Below are positions 48,445 through 60,174 of a stretch of 64,000 bases of DNA, in pieces. Every line of letters starts with the position of its first letter. The first letter of the stretch is position 1. The position numbers were made by a program, and so were the translations under genes. Source of the DNA: Cladosporium halotolerans (lineage: Eukaryota); assembly GCF_011745625.1 (NCBI RefSeq), contig NW_027191504.1, forward strand, positions 1-64,000. Direction: 5' to 3'. The notes under the pieces were generated by a model. It did no database searches. It was not told where the DNA came from and saw only the letters and a list, made by a program, of their open reading frames with translations.

Positions 48445-50419
48445 TCACGCTGTGTTACCATCACCAGCTTCCTCGCCGCCTTTCGTTTCCGTATCCACCT
48501 TCCGAGTCACATGCTCCATCACTCCCCAAATGACTGAGAATGCCCACATGCGGTGCTGCTGGTCGAAAATATCGAAGAAATCCGTGCGTTCCACGCGAGG
48601 TGTTGACCAGTCGCTCTCGACCGGCATAGGGTCCGGCATGACGCCTGTTGTGATGAAGTCGACATACGCCTCATGAACGGTCATCTTGAGAACCGCGATG
48701 TGGTGGAACACGCAGGATACCAGGAAAACCTATGAATGCATTAGTAGTGGCTCGACACCCGCGATGCGGTGGTGAAAGACTTACCTCGTCGTACTTCGAC
48801 CCAGGAACCTTGCCGACAGCCTTGTAGTCCAGCTTCGGGTTCCAAAGGCCAGCCTTGGGCTTCATCCTAGCATACAGCTTCTCCAGGTGCTGCGCTTTCT
48901 TCAGATTCCTTTCGGCTTCTTTCTCCTCCACCTTCATAGACTGAGACACTGTCGAGCTGTTCTCAATCGTCGCCTTCTTCTTCGCCAGCTCGTCCTCACG
49001 TAACTGCGTGGCTGGCAACTTGCCGCCAGGTCCGCCGCCCCATCGCTCCTTAGTGGCGTACCACTTGCCTTCTCCCGGAGTGACCGCGGTCTTCCCTTGG
49101 CGCCTGCGCTCCTGCGCCATCAAAAGCAGCGCCGCGACCTCTCTGAGAAGATCGTGCTCGCATTTGCGGTCGGAGAATTGGGCTACTCTGGCCGACAAGA
49201 AATCCAGCGTGTTCCGCTCCTGAATTCCGATGATGGGGCCTTCCAGTACGTTTGCTTTAGCTTTGTCCGGATTGATTGGGAGCCAGGAGACGAAGCCGGT
49301 GAGGCGTACGGGCTGTTCAAGATTGCCGACTTGTAACATGGGCGTGACGCGGCCGGGTGCAATGTACGGCTGGGAGACTCTGCACTGGAAGGCTGAGGCG
49401 ATGCCTCCGACGAAGGCGCGGACCATGTCGGCTCGGTGGACGTCGGGCATCTCGGCGCCGTTGCCTATGCGGCGGCCTTTGTAGCGTTGGACGACCTTTG
49501 TCAGTGTTGGTGCAGCGATCGGCGTCTCAATGGCGCTGGGGATGCTATCGCTTTGTGGCGGAGTACCAGTGCTTGTCGGAGTCGCCTGGTCTTGGGATGG
49601 TATTGAATCTGCGGTCTCCTGGCTTCCAGATTCTGCTGTTGGGAGATCGCCCGTAGGCTGATCGGTTGTCGTTTCTTTGCTCGATGAGTCGCTCAAAGAG
49701 CCGGTCCTAGGCCTCTTAGCTTCCTTTTGACCGTCTTCGAGGCTTTTATCAGCCTTCTCGGGCTCGACGTGGATGACGACGTCGAAGTACTGGTCGGCGC
49801 TCTTGTCCCAGTACGATGCCACGCTCTCCAGGTGCATCCAGAAATTGCGCATATGCGCGAGTCGTGGCGCCTGCTCATCAGGCCTCAGCTTCTTTGCGAG
49901 CGCCCTGAAGCCTGTGTCCAGACTGATGTCGAGCTCGGCGGCTCTCTCTTCGTACGCCTCCTCATTGCCGCTCGACGGCTGGAGGAAGCTGCTGCCGTCG
50001 TCTCTCGGCGGCAGGAGGGCGTCTGCGCGACACGGAAGGGGATGGTCGCAGTTCAGCGCGTCCAAGTGCCCGCGGAGAGGCGCCTCGGGCCTCTGCACGC
50101 TGGCGAGGAGGCGCGGGAGATTGGGCGGCGGGTGGTCATCACTCCACCCGACCGCAGGGCTCGTCGGCGCCCACGGAATGGTGACCGGCGTGGGCCTCTT
50201 CGGCGGCGCACGCTCTTCCTCGGGGTCGGGCCCCCCGATAACAGCACCTGCTTCCATTGCGTTAGCGAGCAGGTCGATTTCGTTGCCCAGGTCTTTCTCC
50301 TGGGACTTGGTGGTGGCGGTGGTGGTGGTGGCGGCGCTGCTACCGGCGCGGTTCCTCGTAAACCCGACGAACCAGCTCTTCTCCCTCGCCATGGTGGTGC
50401 GGCTGCGGTTGGAGCTCAT
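48445..50419 (-). CDS. Hypothetical fungal protein; exons 50419-48785 and 48729-48445
   Basis: 582-aa ORF spliced (GTAAGT...CATAG) to VFLVSCVFHHIAVLKM. Ordered motifs YKGRRIGNGAEMP, LREVAALLLMAQERRR and WYATKERWGGGPGG suggest a real conserved family. Function unknown. Confidence 0.8.
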
Positions 50420-51279
50420 GGTAGCAGCAGTTCAAGTGGCATTACTTGGAGAGAGTAAGAGAGAGTGAAGTCTGAAAGCGAACTTTTTATAAATGGAGGG
50501 GTGAAAGCCGCGATCACATGTCACATGATCGTCTTAGGCGCATGCGTGTGAAGTGAGGTTAGAGTAAGGTGCTACCTTCCGCGTCGCTCGCCTTTTCGCG
50601 ACGCATGTGCCATTGAGAGCAAAATCAATTAACACCCATGTGATAACATTTTCACGTGCTTTTCAGATCATCGAGACCACCATGTGATGAAGAGCACTTA
50701 CCGCCAAACATGCCCCCAAACATCTTGACCTGACGGAGGAGACACCTATTGTGTCAAAGCTGAGGACATAAGTCTCAAGCGCGATTGCTCCGGGTTCAAA
50801 GGATATGTATACGCAATCTAGAGAGAAGATATGTTGGTATTCGGTATGATACAAAGGCCTAAAGAATCTGTCGTCTGTCAACATGGCGCCGGTGTCACGA
50901 CATGCAGGTGGTGGCCGGGGTGTTGTTCGCAGGGATCCACAGAACTTGCAGCCGGCGCGCCCCTTCCGATCCACTGCATCGGGTCGATTGGTCGACCTCA
51001 CGCGAGCGCGCGCCTTAAGTTTTGGCCGGCATGTCGCGAAATTACCGCAGGATGAACGCTGTATTCTCAGCAAGAGTGTCGCAGAGGACATCCAGGCACA
51101 AGGGCAAAACAAGCGAGGTGTTGCAGCCCACCGTCAGGGTCTCGGATCCCGCTTTGCCCGGACTGGCCGGCCTTTTAACCCCTTGAGCGCCATGTGATAG
51201 CCATTCTTGAATAACAGATACGTGAACATCTCAAACTGGAAATCTCCAAAGGTCTATATTTTATGTGATCATCCTCCCC

Positions 51280-54200
51280 TTATTTCTTTTTAGAACCCTT
51301 ACCGCCCCTACCTTTTTTCTGCCCGCGTGCCTTGGCGCCACCCTTACCCTTGTCAGCGCCACCAGAGCCGCCGCTCATCATGACCCTCATAGTCTTGACC
51401 GGCACAATACCGACAACCTCAACCTCTTTCAATCCCCTGACTAGATCTGCCTCCCTCGGCCAAATCATCTCACGATCCTGACCAGTCAAGTCGACATTCT
51501 TCTTCTCCGCGCCGGCCTTGTTCCAGTTCGTCAAAATCTCCCTGATCGCCTTGCCCTTCTTCTGCTGGCCCGGCTGCAGCTTGACCTTGTACTTGTACTT
51601 GCCCATAGCGGTCCAGGGCGCGCAGACGGGGATGGCCTCGAGGATCTCGTCGCCGGGCAGCGGCGTGCCGACGAACGAGTCGAGCTGCGTCATCTGCGCG
51701 GTCTCTTCCTCGTCCAGGTCCTGCACGCCTTCCTCTAGATTCAGGCGGCGGATCTCCTCAGCTTCGAGCCCTTCCTTCTGCGCCTTCTCGTGCTGTGCAC
51801 GGCGGCGGGCACGAGCTTCTTCGGCTGTTTCCTTCGTGACGGTCTTCTCTGTTGTCTCAGCTTCGCGACGCTCTTCAGCTGCGCGGGAGCCGAGCAGCTT
51901 CATTGCCATCTCGCGGTCTTCCTCGTCTTGGTCGGCATACTTAGCAGCTTGCCTCTTCGCTTTGCCACGCTTGCCACGTGTTGGCTTCTTTTGCTTAGGT
52001 TGCGATTTAGACGATTGTGCTGCGCCTGCGCCTTTGCCGTTTTGCTTCTTCGACTCGCCATCCTTGGCATCTGCTTCCTGTTCTGCAGGCTCGCTAGCAT
52101 CCGGCTGGACGGCTTCTTGCTCTTCCGCTGACTCGTCATCGTCAGAATCATCATCGTCATCGCCAGCCGCCTCCTTGCTCTGTAGCGGGTTGGCTCTGAC
52201 AGCAGGCTCGTGATCCTCATGCACCGGCTCTTCAGTCTGCGCATCCGGGAAGTCATCGTCCTCATCCTCATCATGCTCCGCTTCGGCGCCCTCACGCCCA
52301 GCATCCGGGAACTCATCGTCTTCATCCGAGTCCCCAGCATCCGCCTGCTCCTGGGCAATCTCATCCATGACCTCCTTGTCGACCGCCGGCCCATCGTTCG
52401 CAGCCCCGCTCTTTCCCTCTCCCAGTCTGTTCTTGAAGTGCTTCGCCTTGCTCTCCTCACTGACCTGGAACAGCACACCAAACCCAAGCAGCAGCTGCGC
52501 AGGCGGCAGGAAGTTCTTCTTGCCCCTGATCATGAAACCGCCAGTGGTGAGGTACTCACCCGTGGGCGCGGTCTTGGAGACCTGGTCGCTGTTGACCCAC
52601 CAGGCGGACATGACAGCCTTGCTGTCCCAGGCGCTGCTGGTGCACACAGCCAGGTTGCCGGCCTGCGACAGCGTGGAAGGCGGGATGGGTGCCTCGGGCG
52701 TGGAGGGGTTGTTCTTGATGACGACGGACGCGGCGCCGTGCAAGTCAGCGTGCACGTATGCGTCGCCCTTGCGCAGGTAGCGGCGGTAGAGCGTCTCGTT
52801 CTGCTGGGCGTCTTTCCCCGCCAGTACGAGGTAGCCGTCGCTGGAGATGAAGTAGATGAACTTCTCGAACCACAGCTGCTTCCTGACAGGCCGCAGGACG
52901 TCTTTCTCTTGCTTGAGGTTCTTTTTGAGGTCCGCCAGGACTTTCTGCTCGGTGCTCTTGAGAGCCTTCTGCGAGGCTTGTGCGGTCTTTTCTTGCTTGA
53001 CGGTGGCCGTGCGCCGCTGGTCGTAGTAGAGCCTCGCGTTCGCCCAGGGTGATTGCGCGAGGTCGATGTCGATCGCGAGACGCTTGTCTTCAGCCTTCGG
53101 GCGACCTTTACCTGCAGGCGTGTCCTCGGCCTCTGAATCCGACGCCTCGCTGTCCGTCTCGTCCGCCATCTCTTCCTCGCCCACATCATCGTAACCAGAA
53201 AGTAACAGCGTGACCGTGTTCTCGTTCAACTTCAGCGGCAGCTTGATCGTCTGCGCCACAGGATTCTGCCTCGCCTGCTCGTTTTCGATCAAGCGGCCTA
53301 TATCCACCCAATCCATGCCCTGCGCGATCAAGCCATTGACCGCCGCGACGGCCTCCTCGACGCGCTCGACATTCGCCTCGATCGCCTGCGCCTTCTGCAC
53401 ATTCATGTCCGCCGTCTGCTGTAAGCCCTCGATGCGCTTCTCCTGCTCCTGTCGCGCCTGCTCGATCTTTCTGCGCGCAGCATCCTCGCGCTCCTGCAAT
53501 TTCGACTCAAGCCTCTGCCCTTCGATCGACGAGAAGAACTCATCCACAGCTTTGTTGAAGCCCTCGTATTCCAAAAACTCAACCCCCTCGCCCGCCAGCT
53601 GCGCGGGCTTGAACGGATGGAAATCCTCATAAAGCCATCCCTGCCTCTCCTCGCCCGCCTGCACCTCCACCTCCGCCTTGGGATCCTTCCTCTTCGCCAC
53701 AATGTACCCCTTCACAATATCCGCGCTCGTAATTTCCCTCAGCACCTCTCCCGCCCGCTCCAAACACCCCAGCAACTTTCCCAGCAGGCCTTCATCCTCC
53801 ACGATATCTTCCGGCGGCGTCTCGCGCGCGAACCCGCCCTCCAAGAGAACATGCTCGATCAGCACCGGCGGGAACTCCGTCGTCGTCACGGCCAGCGCCT
53901 TGCGCAGCGCGTCGCCCTTGCGCGCCTTCTGCTTCTTGCCCGGCTTGCTCGCTTCCTCTCTCTGCTTCTCGACGGCTCTGCTCAGCCCGCTGCGCACGCG
54001 CTCTTTCGTGAGCTCCGGCACGCCGCCGTAATTCTGCCTCAAATCCAAATCATACTTCAGCCCCAGCCGATACTGCTCGTGCTCCGCGCCCTCAGCCACA
54101 TTGCGCAGCAGCCCGAGGATCGTGCACTCGCCGTCCGTCAGCACGATATTGCCGCCGGCGTAGAACTCCAAGAAAAGCCTGTACAGCCCGTCGGAGAAGG

Positions 54201-54556
54201 TGATTTCGATGACTCTGTCGGTGCCCACCTGGCTGACGCCGGTCACTCTGCGGGTGCGCAGGAACTTGCGCAGGCGGGCGATGAAGGGCGAGGGGGCGGC
54301 GGCGGTCGTGCGCGCAAAGGCCGTCAGGTGCGCGCGGAAGCCGGAGTCGATGACGAGCTGCTCGCGGCGCTCGGGCTTGGCGAACTTGAGGAGGAAGATG
54401 CGCGAGGAGAGGTCGTAGACGTTCGCGAGGCGGAGGGAGACGAGTTGCGTTGAGAGCTCGTGGGCGATGATCTGGGTGGTCTTGTTAGTCTTGCGTGGGG
54501 GGTTGGGAAAGAGAAGAGCGTACCTTCACGTCCAAGGACGAGAAGCGCTGCTTCAT
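51280..54556 (-). CDS. RQC2: Ribosome quality control subunit Rqc2/Tae2/NEMF; exons 54556-54524 and 54471-51280
   Basis: MKQRFSSLDVK|IIAHEL, LRLANVYDL, DRVIEITF, EFYAGGNIVL, WFEKFIYFISSDGYLVLAGKDAQQNE, QVSKTAPTGEYL and KYKVKLQPG. Confidence 0.96.
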
Positions 54557-55044
54557 GGTTGCGGCAGCAGCGGTTTGTGAGATTGGTAGGTGGAAGGTGT
54601 CAAGAGTTGCTCGTGTGCGTGAAGGAAGTGAGGGGAGCTCAAAAAGTGACAGCTCGGGCGTGAGGTGAACGACGTCATGCGCGAGCCCCACCAGACGTCG
54701 AAGTCAACAGCAGGCCTCGTTTGCGGGCCTCACTTTTCGGCGGAATTCTAACCATAGGATGACAAGGGAAGATGAGAAGAGGCCCCCGATGGAAAATGAG
54801 AAGAGAAGGTTCTTTTCGAATTGCTCTCTAACGGCCACCTCGGGCGCGAGCAGCTAATATAACACTTTTTACGAAAGTCATAGGGGTCGAGATGTCTGTT
54901 CTCGCTAATACTGTACAAGTTCTTTGCGCCTTCTGCCACAAGAGGCATTCGCCGTCCTCCACTCGAATCCACGTCCAGCGCGATCCCAAATTACACGCGC
55001 TCGTCTCCAAATAGCTTACAAGTCTCCTAGGCCTCGAGTTCCGC

Positions 55045-58000
55045 CTAAATCAGCGGCTGGCTGAACTCCCTACTAGGGCGGCGGAACATCTCGGGGCTAG
55101 TAGCGACGAAAGATTCGCGCTTGCGCTTTTCGGGACTTGAAGGAAGTCCATGAGGAAGAGATCGCATCATCTCTGGGGACTTCGACATGGAGGCGGGAGG
55201 TTGGTAGAACGGGATCTGAGTCAGGCTGCCCCTGCGCTCGTCATCCTCAGGAAGCTGGAACTCGGAGAATGGCGCGGACTCGACCGTCTCGTGCACCTCC
55301 GGCTGTCCGCTGACTTGAGTCTGATCTTGGTCCTGCTGCTGATCTTCAACCTTGGAAACAATGTCGGACGCGGATGGCAGCTCGTGATGCACAAGTGGTG
55401 AAGGCGCGCCCTCCTGCTTCGCATCGTGGGAGCCATTCTCAAGTCCGTTCGCAGACCCATTTGGCGCTCCGGGAGGCGAAGATCCATCCTTCTGCTCGGT
55501 GAGACCGGACATCGAAACACCGCTGTCCACGCTTCCATCAACTGGTGGCGGGACACCCATAGGCATCATGCCACCGTTTTGCTGCTGGTAAGCTTGAATG
55601 AATCCGTCCCTTTGGCGGTTGAATGCTTGGATCGCGGCCAGCCCGGCATCTCCATTTTCGTCTCCGCCGTTCATGTCCAGAACCTCGGTGGCAATTTGCT
55701 CGAGCGAAGGAAGCGCGTAGAGTGGCGGACGCTCGGATGACGAGTGATTGGGCATCGGATACGGATTTGCAGATGCTGAGAAGGGTCCGTTGTTGGCAGA
55801 AGGCTCAGGGTACATGGAGAACAGACTCGGGTCGATCGGTGGCGCGCTGGTATTTGTTTGAGCCTGTTGCGCGGACTGTTGGTGGTTTTGATTCTCGTTC
55901 TGCTGCTGTTCGGGGTTGCCCTCTGAAGACGGCGGTCGGTAGAATTGGCCAGGAAGCTTATGGTAGACCTCAGGAGGAGCTTGGGGCGGTGTGACAGACG
56001 GCTTCGGTGTCCTTTGCTGGCCCATTGGCTTCAAGATTCCGTGCATTCCTTGCATCGATGAGGGCGCAGGCGACAATCCAGGCTCCGCAGGCTTCAGGCG
56101 CTTATTCGCATCAAGAGGGCTGCCGTCCTCTGCAGTGCGCTTCTTCGACGCTACAGAACCGCGAGGTATGGGCGACTCAGCTGCCTTGACAGGATCGACA
56201 TTGCCACTTTCATCGTGAATACATCTCCGCTGGCAAGGAATCAGTACATGGGCCACGTGACGATGGGTGGCAAGTTGAGAAACACTTACTTTGCTCTTGC
56301 GGCATTCGACGCAAGCCTTGCTGCGGCCGCGCTTGACATCGCCAAACATAGCCACACCGTTCATCGTCATTGGGATGTTGGCGTTGACATAAGCATTCGT
56401 ACCCGGTAAGGGGCTGTCGAACGGCTGCTCGCCATTGCTGTGCGGGGGTACAGTTGCCAACAGTCCGTTCGGTGTATGTGACTGAGGATCTCCATTAGTT
56501 TGCTGCTCGTCGATGCCGTTCTGATGAGATTGAGCCTGTTGCTCCCGCGCTTGCAGCGGAGAGACAGTGATGTTGTCACCCACCTCCGACGACTGCGGAA
56601 TAAAGAAACCGTCGGGTCCGCCACCCGACGCGAACTGAGGGTTGAAAGGAGGAGGGGTCGGCGCTTGCGTGACGAGGTCTTTGTGCTTGCATCTTATGCG
56701 GCGCTTGCGACAAGCATCGCACGCGACACGCTTCGGCCCCAGGACGGAGGTCTTCGGCGTGCTTAGAAATTGCCCGGGAAACGCACTCATCATCATCGCG
56801 GATGTGAGCGCACCACTTTGCGGTGATGTTTCGCCCGGCGATTGATGGGTTTGAGGGGGGTTTGCGGCGATGCGCGATGGCGACGATGATTTTGCAGGCA
56901 CTTCGCTGCCACCCTTGAAGTTCGCGTCGTTCAAGATCGAAGTGGCGTCCTCGGCTTTTCTCGGGGCCGGCCCGGGGCTCGCGGGAGTAGCCGCACTTGC
57001 CGCCGTCTCCTTAGCGGCCTTCTCGATCATTCGCTTGCTTTGCCGATCCGGTGCGACTTTCCAGGCTGCGATGGCTTCCTTGCGCTGCATCTCCTTGAGC
57101 GCACGCGCCGACAGCTTCTTCGGTTCGCCCATTTCCTTCGAGTTTGGCAGGACTGCGTCAGGGTGCGCCCACGCGGGAGGATCCTCGTTGCCGCGCTTCC
57201 ACGCCACCCAGAGCGCGAAGGTCTTGGCCACTTCCAGAGGTTCGCCGTAGCCTTTCGGGATAGAAGCGTTGACACGCTTGATCCGGTCAGCCGAAATTCC
57301 TTCGATGCGGCCTTGCACGAGCATGACGGTGCGGAAGATGAAGTTAACCAGATCAGGTAAGCCATCGATCTCTGCCTGGCTGTAGTAGCGAGTGCTCTGC
57401 GCGCCTTGCCTCTCGTCCTCTTGTGAAATTCGACCGTCGAAGTCCGTCCAGACAGGCGCCTCGCGGTGGAATTGCTTGCCCTCATAGAAATCTTGTGAGA
57501 CCGCTTGCGGGAGAGGGTCGTCCTTGAGGTACTTGATGGCAGTGTACCACATGATCCTTTGAAAATGCGGGTATCGAAATTTTTGCGGCGTGTTGTTATT
57601 CTTCTCGATGTCGACGATCCTGAACTGATTCTTGAACGACATCCGTGTGAGAAAGTTTCCGCCAATGACCAGGCTAGTCTCCGGAGTCCAGACTGCGTGG
57701 ATCCAGCCAGAAGGGATAAGCATCGTGTCACCTGCGTGCAGATCAACTCGATAACATTCCTTGGTAGTGTGCGGCAGGAATGTGAAATTCTGCTGAGGGC
57801 TGTCGTTCCAATCTTCGTAAGCTTTGAGATGCTTCGGCTTGGGCGGGATGAAGAAGAAAGTCTTTCTGCCCTTCAGAATGTGGTAATAGACACTGCTGCC
57901 TCCAAAATCGATGTGGAAATCCGTATAGCTGTCAGCAACGGACATCAGGCAGTAGAACTGAACTCTCGGAAATTTTCCCTTGTCGGTTTCCTCCTGAGGC

Positions 58001-60174
58001 CACACTTCATCTTGAAGGTCAATATCGCGGACCACCTTCGGCCGTCTGAGCAAGCGCCCGAGTTTCGTTTGCGACACTTCCAGACTGATGACGTTGCGGA
58101 TGGGCTTGTCGTCGCTGTCTTCTTCATAGTAATCCGCCCACTTTGCCAGGTTCATCTTGGCCCCCGAGTTCTGAGTTTTCACATCGATGACATCCAATCC
58201 GTAGTCTGGCCCGACCAAGTTGGCCACCTGTCGAACTGTCAAACCTTCAGGCATGACCATGTCCAGCTTGTCCTGGCCATCGTCTTTGACAGTGTCATAC
58301 TCCAGGTCTTCGGTCGCCACCATTTCCAGGTCTTCAACGCTTGTAGATGGTTTTGGCTCCTCTGAATTTCCATTGACCACCCCAGCTGCCTCAGCTTGTT
58401 TTTGCAGGTCCCAGGGTCGCGGATTCCAGGCTGCCGGTATGCAAATCGGCTCCACGAAAGCGCTGCTTTTCTCGAAGAACTCTCGCGTGACAAGCTCGGG
58501 AGCCATACGAGGGAAAGTCTCAGGATCGAAGGTGAATGTGCCGTCCTTGATCGGTTGAATGTAGTGGTGTTCGTTGCTGTCCTCACTTGTCTTGAGCACG
58601 CCGCGCTGAAGCTCCGCATAATCGACGCTCGTATGCGCTCGTGCGCTCTTGCGAACGTAGGTCGTCTTTCCATGAGCAGGCTCGCAGGTGCTGCAAAAGT
58701 ACTTGTCCACGTCGCGGACTTCGATGGCTTTCTTAAATCCAGCGCAGTCGACGTGGAACCACTTTTTACAGCCATTGCATGAGACCCACTCATCGAGCTC
58801 ACCCGAATGCTGATTTGATTCTCGCGTGCTGTTGCAGCTTGCGCAAATAGTTTCTGGCATGGCCCGATTCTGTTTCCTCGATGGCCGAGAAGGCGTTACT
58901 TCTCGCACGACCATGGGTATCTCGCGTGGGACAGATTGCGCGCGAGTGCCTACAGGGGCACGGTCGAGAGTCTCGGACGCTGTTGTCTCGCTTGCACTGT
59001 GTCGACGTCGAGTGTCCTGCTTCAACTCGAGTGCTGTCTCGGCAAAGACGTCTCGCGACTTTGCAGCTTTAGCGTTCGTCCTGTTTGCGCGCTTCGAAGT
59101 CGTCTTGTCTGTCGTAGATTTCTTCGTGCCAGCTCGAGGCTTTCCTTTCGGCCAGCCTCTCTTCTTCGGTGCATCAGAAGCTTCACTCATCACCACGTCT
59201 GTGCCAGACGCATACAATACGGACTCGTCGGGAGGTGTTTGTGTTTGATGAGGCTCTTTGGGACGCGCAGTAGCGTTTGGGGGCTGGAGCGACGGTATCG
59301 AGTCTGCCGTAGCGACATCATCACTCTGACGCCTTTCGCTCGCCGTCTTTGGACTCAAGCCTGCGCCTTCGCTGGTCCTCTGAGGTGAAGGGAGATTCGG
59401 CAGCGGGTATTGGTTAGGGTACGGATTAGGATTGAAAGGAGGAAGCAGAGGAGGATTCGTCGCCTTCGCGAGAGTTTCAACCGGGCGCTGGTTGTAAACA
59501 TCCGACGGGAAGCTGTTCGCGTGGGGCCTGACGCTGGGTGGAGGGTACGTCGGGGGCATTTTCACGTTTGATGCTGGCCAACCTCCAGTCCTGAAGTTCA
59601 ACAGCAACGCCGCCTCTTCCACGCGACTCTCGTAACTCGCCTGTCCGGTGGAAGCGCCATTAGGCCATCCGTTTGCCTCGTAGCTTGTAGCGGGCCTTGA
59701 AGCATACGGTCCAACCTGTGGGGAAGAGAAGTAGGCAGAGCGCGCACGCTTGTGCGGAGGCTCTGTCCTTGGTGGGTATGAGGGGTGAGCATGGCTGTGT
59801 CCGCTCGTCCTGTCTCTCGTTGGGGCAGTTGCGACAACGCTCGGACTCAGCGCGAGTGCTGCCTCAGCGAGAGTGTCGATGTTCGAGGGCTTTCGCCCAT
59901 GTCCTCTGTGGTAGTCGCTTTGTGCGCGCGCTCTTGTTGGTGTAGCCTTTGCGGCATTTTGCTGGCCAGGCTGCGGCTGCGGTCGCAGACCATGGCCGAG
60001 AGCGTTGTTGATGGTCGGCGGATAGTTGAAGCTGGGCTCAAGCGCCCGGAGCTTGGAGTGGGAGGGCGAGGGTGACAACGGCTCGACGTGTGCTCGAGGT
60101 GGCGTTGGCGAGCGACGAGGCTTCACGTAGCCCGCCGGGCGCTTGAAGTAGCGATTGTGCTCCGAAGCGTACAT
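55045..60174 (-). CDS. JHD1: PHD plus JmjC histone demethylase (Jhd1/KDM2-like) with C-terminal Cys/His zinc-binding-like motifs; intron 56289-56230
   Basis: PHD CASC...WVSCNGCKKWFHVDC...YFCSTC; JmjC YCLMSVADSYTDFHIDFGGSSVYYH...IPSGWIHAVWTP...GGNFL. Confidence 0.92.
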   Translation of the reverse strand: MYASEHNRYFKRPAGYVKPRRSPTPPRAHVEPLSPSPSHSKLRALEPSFNYPPTINNALGHGLRPQPQPGQQNAAKATPTRARAQSDYHRGHGRKPSNIDTLAEAALALSPSVVATAPTRDRTSGHSHAHPSYPPRTEPPHKRARSAYFSSPQVGPYASRPATSYEANGWPNGASTGQASYESRVEEAALLLNFRTGGWPASNVKMPPTYPPPSVRPHANSFPSDVYNQRPVETLAKATNPPLLPPFNPNPYPNQYPLPNLPSPQRTSEGAGLSPKTASERRQSDDVATADSIPSLQPPNATARPKEPHQTQTPPDESVLYASGTDVVMSEASDAPKKRGWPKGKPRAGTKKSTTDKTTSKRANRTNAKAAKSRDVFAETALELKQDTRRRHSASETTASETLDRAPVGTRAQSVPREIPMVVREVTPSRPSRKQNRAMPETICASCNSTRESNQHSGELDEWVSCNGCKKWFHVDCAGFKKAIEVRDVDKYFCSTCEPAHGKTTYVRKSARAHTSVDYAELQRGVLKTSEDSNEHHYIQPIKDGTFTFDPETFPRMAPELVTREFFEKSSAFVEPICIPAAWNPRPWDLQKQAEAAGVVNGNSEEPKPSTSVEDLEMVATEDLEYDTVKDDGQDKLDMVMPEGLTVRQVANLVGPDYGLDVIDVKTQNSGAKMNLAKWADYYEEDSDDKPIRNVISLEVSQTKLGRLLRRPKVVRDIDLQDEVWPQEETDKGKFPRVQFYCLMSVADSYTDFHIDFGGSSVYYHILKGRKTFFFIPPKPKHLKAYEDWNDSPQQNFTFLPHTTKECYRVDLHAGDTMLIPSGWIHAVWTPETSLVIGGNFLTRMSFKNQFRIVDIEKNNNTPQKFRYPHFQRIMWYTAIKYLKDDPLPQAVSQDFYEGKQFHREAPVWTDFDGRISQEDERQGAQSTRYYSQAEIDGLPDLVNFIFRTVMLVQGRIEGISADRIKRVNASIPKGYGEPLEVAKTFALWVAWKRGNEDPPAWAHPDAVLPNSKEMGEPKKLSARALKEMQRKEAIAAWKVAPDRQSKRMIEKAAKETAASAATPASPGPAPRKAEDATSILNDANFKGGSEVPAKSSSPSRIAANPPQTHQSPGETSPQSGALTSAMMMSAFPGQFLSTPKTSVLGPKRVACDACRKRRIRCKHKDLVTQAPTPPPFNPQFASGGGPDGFFIPQSSEVGDNITVSPLQAREQQAQSHQNGIDEQQTNGDPQSHTPNGLLATVPPHSNGEQPFDSPLPGTNAYVNANIPMTMNGVAMFGDVKRGRSKACVECRKSKVSVSQLATHRHVAHVLIPCQRRCIHDESGNVDPVKAAESPIPRGSVASKKRTAEDGSPLDANKRLKPAEPGLSPAPSSMQGMHGILKPMGQQRTPKPSVTPPQAPPEVYHKLPGQFYRPPSSEGNPEQQQNENQNHQQSAQQAQTNTSAPPIDPSLFSMYPEPSANNGPFSASANPYPMPNHSSSERPPLYALPSLEQIATEVLDMNGGDENGDAGLAAIQAFNRQRDGFIQAYQQQNGGMMPMGVPPPVDGSVDSGVSMSGLTEQKDGSSPPGAPNGSANGLENGSHDAKQEGAPSPLVHHELPSASDIVSKVEDQQQDQDQTQVSGQPEVHETVESAPFSEFQLPEDDERRGSLTQIPFYQPPASMSKSPEMMRSLPHGLPSSPEKRKRESFVATSPEMFRRPSREFSQPLI

